Of a stretch of 20,000 bases of DNA, positions 1 through 7,910 are shown piece by piece (positions within the stretch are counted from its first letter, which is position 1; each line of letters begins with the position of its first letter). The stretch lies in the IMG/VR virus record IMGVR_UViG_3300015608_001493. One strand, 5' to 3'. A program made the translations under genes and the position numbers. The DNA comes from an uncultured virus (IMG/VR IMGVR_UViG_3300015608_001493) (lineage: Duplodnaviria > Heunggongvirae > Uroviricota > Caudoviricetes). Under the pieces are notes generated by a model. That model had not been told where the DNA came from and searched no databases. It saw only the letters and a program-made list of their open reading frames with translations.

Positions 1-197
1 TCCATAAACGACTCTAAACTTTCTAATGATGAAAGTTTATGAACAATAGATGTTTCTAACCAGTCTTCATCTTGGGTGGATGATGAAACAATCTTATCGT
101 TGAAGATGTCTTTGCCATCCTCGGAACGGTACTCAACCTCGATAGTAAGTAACCCGTTAAAAATATTTTTTGAAATTATACGTGCAGAATATTTCAT
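1..197 (-). CDS. Hypothetical phage protein, 5' part only (MKYSARIISKNIFNGLLTIEVEYRSEDGKDIFNDKIV...), runs off the window edge
   Basis: Translated by hand: ATG at 197-195, open for 65 codons to position 1. It has an A/T-rich leader and the same orientation as the operon. Not in the ORF track. Confidence 0.75.
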   Translation of the reverse strand, partial: MKYSARIISKNIFNGLLTIEVEYRSEDGKDIFNDKIVSSSTQDEDWLETSIVHKLSSLESLESFM

Positions 198-221
198 TGT
201 AGTTTGAATTTAGTTTAAATA

Positions 222-779
222 TTAATCACCTCCAAAGAGAATTGCGTTTGTTTGTGATCCACCTCCACCACCAGTAGTATAATCAACGGTTAGTGTTATT
301 AAATCTATGTTGCCTGTTGCTGGAAATTTTGCTCCAAAACAAGATATTGCAACTGCGATACCAAAGTTTGCATCATTAACATCAGTATGAGTAAGAGTTA
401 ACCCCCAGAGGTCAGAACTACCACCATAAGTAGCAACTGTCTCTGTTGTAGGCCAGTTTAATCCTGATTTTTTATCTGTTCCACTTACTACACCTCCTTT
501 TATTAATTTTATCAGACTGTCTTTTATGCTGGAACCTGCGTTACCTGTTTTTTTTCGTTCTATGGATGCAGTAATTCCATTTATAGTAGCACCAGAAGGG
601 ATAGAAAACCCAAAACCTGTTAGTAACATTTGATAACTTGCACCCCCCGGGCCTACCGCAGAATATCCATAGTTATCATCAGAACTAGATATGTTATTAA
701 TATTAGTCCATGTATAGGTGCCACCATTACTATTATTAGACGTATATGTGGAGAACGAATTTGGACCCTGTGATGCCAT
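222..779 (-). CDS. Small beta-rich virion protein, putative fibre tip/adhesin (185 aa)
   Basis: Ser/Thr/Gly/Asn-rich with a beta-strand pattern (GFGFSIPSGATINGITASIER...TYGGSSDLWG...NFGIAV). Ends in a Gly linker plus short tail (GGGGGSQTNAILFGGD). Lies directly downstream of the fibre cluster and has no signal peptide. Confidence 0.6.
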   Translation of the reverse strand: MASQGPNSFSTYTSNNSNGGTYTWTNINNISSSDDNYGYSAVGPGGASYQMLLTGFGFSIPSGATINGITASIERKKTGNAGSSIKDSLIKLIKGGVVSGTDKKSGLNWPTTETVATYGGSSDLWGLTLTHTDVNDANFGIAVAISCFGAKFPATGNIDLITLTVDYTTGGGGGSQTNAILFGGD

Positions 780-811
780 AATTAAAAGTTTTGAGATATT
801 GTTCCGTAATA
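777..811 (-). repeat. Copy B of the duplicated gene end (encodes YYGTISQNF*, then TT-ATG)
   Basis: Minus strand TATTACGGAACAATATCTCAAAACTTTTAATTATG; 27/35 identical to 1298-1332. Confidence 0.9.
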
Positions 812-1300
812 GTTTAATGCTTTTCTACCAAAAGTAGGAGTAAGTCTATAACATGTTTCACATAAAGTTCTACCGTTGTTTACATCTAACCTTAACTCAG
901 GAAATAAACAAAAAGGTTTTATGTGATCAGCATTTAATTTACCCCCTTTAATATTACAAACTTGACATGTATAATTATCTCTTTCAAATACTTTTGTTCT
1001 CCACAGTTTATATTCTATGGACTTTCTGAACAACATTGCTTTAGTAGACTTTCCTTGATTCTTAAATGTTGTGGGTCTATTATAATCTAAACGAGAATCC
1101 GTTAATTTAGACAACCCCTTAGACCAAGAAGGTTTTCCTATCTTTTTTAAGGCCATATTTTTACGACCTTCATCTGTATGTCTTCTACAAGATAAAGAGC
1201 AGAATTTTTGTTTTTCTTCTCCACTCCTAACTATTTGCCAAGGTGCCCTATAAAATTCCTTATTACAAGTCTGACAATTAAAATATTTACCTGTTTTCAT
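782..1300 (-). CDS. Free-standing HNH homing-endonuclease-like protein (172 aa): N-terminal Zn ribbon, NUMOD3-like basic segment, C-terminal HNH domain
   Basis: N-terminal CQTC...FCSLSC; GKPSWSKG; C-terminal WRTKVFERDNYTCQVC...LNADHIKP...FPELRLDVNNGRTLCETCY, the typical phage HNH pattern, with the last His replaced by Tyr. Confidence 0.9.
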   Translation of the reverse strand: MKTGKYFNCQTCNKEFYRAPWQIVRSGEEKQKFCSLSCRRHTDEGRKNMALKKIGKPSWSKGLSKLTDSRLDYNRPTTFKNQGKSTKAMLFRKSIEYKLWRTKVFERDNYTCQVCNIKGGKLNADHIKPFCLFPELRLDVNNGRTLCETCYRLTPTFGRKALNYYGTISQNF

Positions 1301-1326
1301 ATTTAGAAATTAGTAGATATTGTTCC
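794..1326 (-). mobile_element. HNH insertion bounded by a duplicated 3' end of the fibre gene (copies 521 bp apart)
   Basis: Perfect 12-bp direct repeat AGATATTGTTCC (+ strand) at 794-805 and 1315-1326, inside 35-bp copies that match at 27/35 positions. Confidence 0.75.
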
Positions 1327-1332
1327 AAAATA
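1298..1332 (-). repeat. Copy A of the duplicated gene end (encodes YFGTISTNF*, then AT-ATG)
   Basis: Minus strand TATTTTGGAACAATATCTACTAATTTCTAAATATG. Confidence 0.9.
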
Positions 1333-3195
1333 TGAAGTCCCATCATAAATAAATGTTACGATATCATATTTATTTGCAGTCGTAGTTAAAGTGGGGGTTG
1401 TACCCCCGGCCCATTTAATTGTAGGCCATGTTACAGTTCTTGAACCTGTGGCGTCTTGTTTAATAATGATAGAATATCTTGCTCCGCTCTTTGGGTTTGC
1501 AAATGTAAAAGTTCTGTTTCCACCAAGTGTTACAGTTTGTACGTTCCCGTTATTCCAATCAAGAGCAATTGTGGCTGCATCAGTAAGAGTATATAACGCA
1601 GACCAATACTGTCCCGTAGTTTTTGAGTTTCCGGTGATTTCCATCACCTCTGTTGCTGCTGTGGTTGAACCAAACGCGTTCTTACCAGCAAAAATATTTT
1701 TAGTTGATGTTCCAGATTGATAGACACCAAACGAAGAAGAGTTATTGTTTGAAATATCAATTGCTCTAAAAGTAGAACTATTAGCCAAAGACGTGATTGT
1801 TGGATTTATGTAAATCCCTCTTTGAACACCTGTTACAGTTGAAGTTAAGTTAAAAGTAGGAGCAATTTCAAACGCTATATAAGAACCACTACCAGATGCA
1901 GCAGTGTACGAATCCGTAACTTTAAGGTTTGTTTTACTTAGAGATGTACTTGTATAGGCTGTGTTTCCCAAGTTAATTGTTCCTGAGTTGTCCGAAGCAC
2001 TAATAGATATTGCTGTTGTAGATACGGCTGAGGAACTTATGTTAATTGATCCTGAACCGCCACCTACGGTTATTATGTTAGTATTACCACCTATTGTAAA
2101 CGTCACACCAGGAGTAATACCTGAGTTACCAAAAGTTGTAGTACCAGCCGTACCCATAGCAGATGCTATGGATAACGTAGGAGTAGTTGCACCAGTAAAC
2201 CTTGCTACTTCACTAAGTGATCCTGCGTTGTTTACTGCATAAACAACACCCGCACTTGTTCTTGAAGCATCGGTGGCATTCGAGTTAGTCCAAATACCTC
2301 CAAATGCAGCCTGCTCCCTATCTGCAACAGTCGCAGTTTCAGCAAGAAACTTAATACGACTACCAAACCCTAAGGTTGCAGTACCACTTGTGTTAGCACT
2401 GGTTGATATATTATCAACCGGGGTATTTGTTGATGCGGTATTGGTGTTATGATTAATAACACCTACGTTTCCTAATGTAAAATAAGTTACAGTATTTCTT
2501 TCAAACGCAAGGTCGTTATTATCGTTAGTCCCTATAATAACAGTTGCTCCTGTCGTATTACCCCCATTAGAAATATCTCCGCTTGCGGCAGAAGGAGTAA
2601 AATATTCTAAACTTGTGCCACCAGCATTAACTCTCAATTGTTGAAGAGAAGAGCCAAGCGCAGATAAACCAGTACCACCGTTTGCAACAGCAAGTGTTCC
2701 TGCAAGAGTGACTGCCCCGGTTGTACCTGTTGAAGGAGTTAACCCTGTTGTACCAGCACTAAATGATGTTACACCGGCGTTTGTAAGAGTTATTGTTCCA
2801 ACACCATTAGTTACAGTCATTCCTGTACCTTGTGTAATAGTTGCCAAAGTATAACCTGAACCATTACCTATTAACAATTGCCCGTTTGTAGGTGTCCCTG
2901 TAAGTCCTGTACCACCTTTACCAATAGCAATAGTTGTAGCATTCCATGTACCACTTGTAATACTACCTAAGGTGACAATATTTGTTGAGCCACTCCATGT
3001 AGAGAGCGCTGTATTTTCTACGTTGTTTAAACCTAAAAAGGTTTTAGTTGTAGAGGCATCTAAAATACTTACTGGACCTGAGCCAGAGGAACGCCCTAAG
3101 ATTCCAGAGGATGTTGTTAACTGATCAGGTGTAATATTCTGACCGATTACAAAACTTCCAAATAGAACAAAAGTGAATAAAAGAAGTATCCTCAT
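1303..3195 (-). CDS. Tail-fibre-like protein (630 aa) with N-terminal signal peptide and a common phage fibre C-terminal beta-sandwich
   Basis: MRILLLFTFVLFGSFVIG|Q start; LGLNNVENT phage-tail-repeat-like motif; GGTG fibre motifs (IAIGKGGTG, LAVANGGTG); C-terminal LTDAATIALDWNNGNVQTVTLGGNRT...KQDATGSRTVTWP..KWAGGTTPTLTT...DIVTF. Confidence 0.8.
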   Translation of the reverse strand: MRILLLFTFVLFGSFVIGQNITPDQLTTSSGILGRSSGSGPVSILDASTTKTFLGLNNVENTALSTWSGSTNIVTLGSITSGTWNATTIAIGKGGTGLTGTPTNGQLLIGNGSGYTLATITQGTGMTVTNGVGTITLTNAGVTSFSAGTTGLTPSTGTTGAVTLAGTLAVANGGTGLSALGSSLQQLRVNAGGTSLEYFTPSAASGDISNGGNTTGATVIIGTNDNNDLAFERNTVTYFTLGNVGVINHNTNTASTNTPVDNISTSANTSGTATLGFGSRIKFLAETATVADREQAAFGGIWTNSNATDASRTSAGVVYAVNNAGSLSEVARFTGATTPTLSIASAMGTAGTTTFGNSGITPGVTFTIGGNTNIITVGGGSGSINISSSAVSTTAISISASDNSGTINLGNTAYTSTSLSKTNLKVTDSYTAASGSGSYIAFEIAPTFNLTSTVTGVQRGIYINPTITSLANSSTFRAIDISNNNSSSFGVYQSGTSTKNIFAGKNAFGSTTAATEVMEITGNSKTTGQYWSALYTLTDAATIALDWNNGNVQTVTLGGNRTFTFANPKSGARYSIIIKQDATGSRTVTWPTIKWAGGTTPTLTTTANKYDIVTFIYDGTSYFGTISTNF

Positions 3196-3196
3196 T

Positions 3197-6100
3197 TTAT
3201 TGTCTAATTTTTATTGTAAATATATCAGTAGTTTTTGCTGTTACAGTAAGTGTAATTATGTCAGTACCCGCGTTATAAGACCAGTCTCGTGTTGTAGTAC
3301 CATCTGTATATGCTAAATAAACACCGTTTTTATAAAGTTCCACCTTCATTACATCAGTTGGAAGATCAAGGTTTGTTGTTGTACCTGTTCCTTTTGTTGC
3401 AGCAAGCGATCCTGTTGATAAGTTAATAGTGGTGGTGGAAATCCCTGTAACATAATACTCGTTAATACTTGTAAAAGTTGGGTTAGAATTGACCCAGTTT
3501 GTACCATTATAAGTAATAGTTTGGTTTGTTGCAGGAGAAGTAATTACAACGTCACTAAGATTGTCTAATGTAACAGTACCTAAATCAATACTGGGGTTTC
3601 CAGAAACCCCATCGCCATTACTAACAGTAATTTTTGAAGATGCTGCGGTAACAGAACGAGTTGTCCATGTGTCAGTTGCAGTTCTAACAGGAATCCCGTT
3701 AGAAGATAACCCTTCAATACCTGCAAGATCATTAGCAAGTGCAAACGTAGGGTTGCCAGATACACCGTTACCATTAGTTATAGTCAGACCAGCAGCAGGA
3801 CCAGTAAGGGTTCTAACTGCGGATGTTCCCGTACCTGTTATGGTGTAAATACCTTGTGAAGCCGTTGATGCCAAAGCATTAAGATCAGAATCAAATGTTA
3901 CATCTGTTCTACTACTTCCTGCATTATCAGAAGCCGTTGCAGAAGAACCTATAAAGTTTAATGTAGTTCTTTGAGTAAGGCTCGATCCTTCTTCTTGCAT
4001 AGTTGTATAACCCCCAGAAGCAGAAGGTGTTTGCCACGAAGGGGCACCTCCTGTGTTTGCACCTAAAAACTGGCCAGTTGTACCATTTGCAAGTCTTACT
4101 AACTCACCACCTGTACCTCTATAATAAAGATCATAGTTGGCATCAGAACCTATATCAAACCGTACTTTTCCAGATGTTGTAAATAAAGCGTAATGCGCAG
4201 CAGGTGAAGTAATTTCTAACCCTCTATAATCTGCTGCTGCGGTAATTGTAGGATTAATTTGAACTGCACGTACAATACCACTTGAGCCACCAGTCTGGTT
4301 AACTGTCATATTTCCAAAAGCAAGTCCTGTAAACGTTGCTGTACCACTTGTAGGGTTGAACGTGTTATCAAAAGACATTACTAACTTTGAACCAGAAGTA
4401 GGGTTTATATTGCTTGTACCTACTCTAACATAACCATTAGTAGCAGATGCGTTTAGCAATACGGAGCCTGCACTGTTTTGAGTAGATGTAAGTGACACTT
4501 GAACACTTGCGCCACCAACAGTAAACGCAGTGGCAGGAGTAATTGCGCTGTTTGTAATTGTGGCAGCAGAGGTTGAGCCTACTGTAATAGTTCCATCGTC
4601 AGCAACTTTGAATACTTCTGTACCAGAAGAGTTGCGAGTTACAAGACCCCAACTTGTATTTCCAGTACCAGTACCGTTGATAGTTACTCTACCGTTTGAA
4701 GCATATGTAGTTGAACCAACAGCCATCTGAGTACCAGACCACAATAATGTAGTAGAACCATCTTGGGATGATGCCCCAGACCAAACACTAATTTGATCAT
4801 CTACACCAGTGCCAGAAATACCTCCTGAACCAGCAGCCCATACTAAATTACCAGTACCATCTGTTTGAAGAAAATAACCAGAAGTACCATAAGATGAAGG
4901 TAAAGTATAACTAAAATTAGAAGTTAAAGTACCTGTTGCAGCAGTTTTAAACTCTACATAGTTAGTGTTATCAGAATCGTTAAACCTGAGTGCTTTGCCT
5001 CCGCGAGTTTCAAAACCAACAGAAGATACTTGACCAACTTCTACTGCGTTAATACCAAACTTGATTGGAGTTGTATTTCCTAAAACTTGAACAATCGCTG
5101 TACTTGGTTCACTCCAAGTTAAATCTCCAAGATATACATTAGAATAACCAAGAGTAGTTCCTACGGCACTTGGTCCTTGAAAACGCAAATGCACAGACTT
5201 AAACGTAGTTGAATAATCTGAGCCTTGCGCATCAAAAATTGCTTGATCTTCACCTGTTGTTGATGTACCTCTTGCATCCACATTTGCGCCAGAGGTACCA
5301 CCATAAATATAAAGACGTGTGTAAGAATCAATCCCTGTGTTTGTACCAATGGAGACAGTGTTAGTTGTTTCAAACACTTTTGAGTTAGTAAGTGTTGATG
5401 AAGCACTAAACTTAGGAAGATATCCTGTTGTACCTGAGCCACCTATTTTGTTATTAAATGTAGTCCAGTCAGTATTACTCAGTTTACCTGTGTTTGTTCC
5501 AGATGCGACAGGAAGGTTAAACGTGTGTGTACTTGTTGCGCTACTTATACCAAAATCGGTACCTGCTGTACCTGTGGCAAACGTTTGAGTAGATGCAGTA
5601 AGAGTATTCAAAGTAGTAATCCCTCCACCACCTCCGGGTGGAGAGGCCCATGTACCATCAGCCCTTAGAAAGTTAGTTGTACCACCACCAGAAGCAGGAA
5701 CTACACCTTGTAATGAAGATGTAAACAGATTCAACTCAGCAGTAAGTTGGGCTTGGGTTAAATCAGATACGTTACCTGTACTTCCTGTATTGTTACCTTT
5801 AAAAGTATGAGCCGCCATTGTTGCTAACTTAGCATTAGTGACTTTATTGTTACCAATTACGTTAGCGTTTGGTTCACCAGATACATCTCCTGCCAATACT
5901 GAATTTACTGCTTCACTAACAGGTCCAAAATAACTAAACTTTGCACCATTAGGAGCACCTGTTGCTGATGTACCATCACCATTACCTGATGTGTCACACA
6001 CTACACCAATCCAACCATTGATGGGAGTGGCGTAGTAAAAGATATCACCCTTTGCCCATCGACCTGTGTTAGGTTTGTTTTGAGCACTGAGTGAAGAAGA

Positions 6101-7909
6101 ACTTGTTTGATAATAAACAGCAGGGGTTTCAAGTCTAAGGTTTGTTACTGGACCTTTTAAACCACCAATAGAGTCATATCTTGACCAGTAAACAAGTTGA
6201 CCATCCCATACTTTGTTATCCCTCGTATAGTATCTAAGCATATTACTTGCTAATGGATGTCCTACTAAATAAGCCGTGTTATTATCTATACGGTTATTAT
6301 AAAGGTGCATTTCGTTGGTAATACTGGCTTTTGCGGCAGAACCTCGATAGTTAATAGCAGGACTGTTTGATGTTGCATAACTATGAATACAACCATCAAA
6401 GATAAACTTACCTGATCTCACACCAGCACTTCGAATAATATTCGTGGCATCTCCAAACCTACAATTTTTAAAATTAATTTCCCGAGTGTTTGTTCCAAAC
6501 CCGTTATCATCAGAATAAACATATGATAATGTTACAGAACTATGGCGTTTAAAATCACAGTTTTCAAAGAAGGCATAATCTGTTGGGTTTGCCGCAGCCT
6601 GATAGATTAAAAAATCTCCTGTAACTGTGTTAAATGCTGAGTCAGCATAAATTAATGAGTTACTAACTCTATATGAACCATAAGCCATTCGGAACGGCTC
6701 GTTAATATAAAACTGACAGTTTACAATGTTTGTTTCAAACTCTTGAATAACAGTTCGACCTTTCACATATACATTAGAAATGTTAGCATAACCTTTTCTA
6801 CCAGCAGCCCGCGCACCCAATAAGTTTAAATCAAGTTCAATTAAACTACAATTTGATAAGTTAAGGTTATATTTATAGACTGTGCTTGGACCATTGAAAC
6901 CATTAGGTTCAACTTCGATTATACCACGAACATTATTAATGTTCACACTATTAAAGTTTGTGGTAAAAGTTACCGTACTTCTAGTGTATAGACGCCCTTC
7001 TTCATATATATGAGAGATGTTTACATCACCTACACCTCCGGTTGATGCACTATTGATCCCTATTCCGTCTCCAAGTGGGTTGTAACTATAAATGTTTTCA
7101 ATGTTAATATTGGAAAAACCTAGTTGACCAGATGGAAAAATATAAAGAGAATGGTAGTGTTGCCAAGCAGTAGCACTATCAGGAGAACCTTGATTTTGAG
7201 CGTTTCCATCAAACGCTATATCAGAAATACTAAAATAATCTCCACCACTCCCATCAACTCTAAGAAGTCTGGTTAACACTCCACCAGGGTTAGATGTACT
7301 AAGAGCAGTGTTGTTTTTTCGCTTAATAATAGAAAGTTGACCATCCCCAGTAATCCGAACTCTACTAAAAGAGTCTAAGGTCACCGTTGCATCTACCAAA
7401 TAAGTACCTTTTGATATATATCCGTGAGCGTTGTTGTTAGCAACAAAATTGGCCCAGGCTTGCATAGCAGCATCATCATCAGTAACTCCATCACCTGTTG
7501 CTCCCCACCATTTAACATCAAGTCTTTCATCCTCAGTTAGACGATGCCATTTATTGATACTTGGAGTACCTTGAAAAATAGTACCACCGTTAGGAGAACC
7601 GGTTTGTCTAAGAATAAACACGCCTCCTCGGTTAGCATCCCTCCAAATTAATATCTTCTGACGAAGGGTGTTTGGATAATTAGCAAACTCACTTACGTTG
7701 TCTATCACAACAACTGCAAGTGAGTCTTTAAGAGCGTTACTAAAATCTGAATAGGCTATACTAGATGGTTTCCATTCAGTACCAGTCCATTTAAGATACT
7801 GGTTTGCTGTGGCTCCATCCTGATTAAGAATCCAGTTAAAGTTACTATTTACCTGAGAATAACCGATAGTCCCAAGTAATATAAAAAATGCTGTTATTAG
7901 TTTTTTCAT
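3197..7909 (-). CDS. Tailspike/fibre hybrid (about 1570 aa) with signal peptide, pectate-lyase-like right-handed beta-helix and long fibre region; start revised from 7945 to ATG 7909
   Basis: ATG at 7909 follows the upstream TAA by 1 nt and gives MKKLITAFFILLGTIGYS|Q. LDVKWWGATGDGVTDDDAAMQA...KGTYLV is the Pectate_lyase_3-type start of a beta-helix. Asn/Ile-rich coils follow, then PNTGRWAKGDIFY...GWIGVVC, then Gly/Thr/Ser fibre repeats. Confidence 0.85.
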   Translation of the reverse strand: MKKLITAFFILLGTIGYSQVNSNFNWILNQDGATANQYLKWTGTEWKPSSIAYSDFSNALKDSLAVVVIDNVSEFANYPNTLRQKILIWRDANRGGVFILRQTGSPNGGTIFQGTPSINKWHRLTEDERLDVKWWGATGDGVTDDDAAMQAWANFVANNNAHGYISKGTYLVDATVTLDSFSRVRITGDGQLSIIKRKNNTALSTSNPGGVLTRLLRVDGSGGDYFSISDIAFDGNAQNQGSPDSATAWQHYHSLYIFPSGQLGFSNINIENIYSYNPLGDGIGINSASTGGVGDVNISHIYEEGRLYTRSTVTFTTNFNSVNINNVRGIIEVEPNGFNGPSTVYKYNLNLSNCSLIELDLNLLGARAAGRKGYANISNVYVKGRTVIQEFETNIVNCQFYINEPFRMAYGSYRVSNSLIYADSAFNTVTGDFLIYQAAANPTDYAFFENCDFKRHSSVTLSYVYSDDNGFGTNTREINFKNCRFGDATNIIRSAGVRSGKFIFDGCIHSYATSNSPAINYRGSAAKASITNEMHLYNNRIDNNTAYLVGHPLASNMLRYYTRDNKVWDGQLVYWSRYDSIGGLKGPVTNLRLETPAVYYQTSSSSLSAQNKPNTGRWAKGDIFYYATPINGWIGVVCDTSGNGDGTSATGAPNGAKFSYFGPVSEAVNSVLAGDVSGEPNANVIGNNKVTNAKLATMAAHTFKGNNTGSTGNVSDLTQAQLTAELNLFTSSLQGVVPASGGGTTNFLRADGTWASPPGGGGGITTLNTLTASTQTFATGTAGTDFGISSATSTHTFNLPVASGTNTGKLSNTDWTTFNNKIGGSGTTGYLPKFSASSTLTNSKVFETTNTVSIGTNTGIDSYTRLYIYGGTSGANVDARGTSTTGEDQAIFDAQGSDYSTTFKSVHLRFQGPSAVGTTLGYSNVYLGDLTWSEPSTAIVQVLGNTTPIKFGINAVEVGQVSSVGFETRGGKALRFNDSDNTNYVEFKTAATGTLTSNFSYTLPSSYGTSGYFLQTDGTGNLVWAAGSGGISGTGVDDQISVWSGASSQDGSTTLLWSGTQMAVGSTTYASNGRVTINGTGTGNTSWGLVTRNSSGTEVFKVADDGTITVGSTSAATITNSAITPATAFTVGGASVQVSLTSTQNSAGSVLLNASATNGYVRVGTSNINPTSGSKLVMSFDNTFNPTSGTATFTGLAFGNMTVNQTGGSSGIVRAVQINPTITAAADYRGLEITSPAAHYALFTTSGKVRFDIGSDANYDLYYRGTGGELVRLANGTTGQFLGANTGGAPSWQTPSASGGYTTMQEEGSSLTQRTTLNFIGSSATASDNAGSSRTDVTFDSDLNALASTASQGIYTITGTGTSAVRTLTGPAAGLTITNGNGVSGNPTFALANDLAGIEGLSSNGIPVRTATDTWTTRSVTAASSKITVSNGDGVSGNPSIDLGTVTLDNLSDVVITSPATNQTITYNGTNWVNSNPTFTSINEYYVTGISTTTINLSTGSLAATKGTGTTTNLDLPTDVMKVELYKNGVYLAYTDGTTTRDWSYNAGTDIITLTVTAKTTDIFTIKIRQ
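3581..3892 (-). repeat. Two tandem 52-aa fibre repeats inside the 1570-aa protein
   Basis: DSDLNALASTASQGIYTITGTGTSAVRTLTGPAAGLTITNGNGVSGNPTFAL aligns without gaps to ANDLAGIEGLSSNGIPVRTATDTWTTRSVTAASSKITVSNGDGVSGNPSIDL. Confidence 0.85.
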
Positions 7910-7910
7910 A

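Noticed and set aside
777..1332. Duplicated fibre 3' end as a DGR template/variable repeat pair, or as a group I intron
   Set aside because: Only 35 bp long, mismatches are not adenine-specific, and no reverse transcriptase is in the window. The HNH ORF fills the whole interval with no recognisable intron core, and the upstream gene is already complete.
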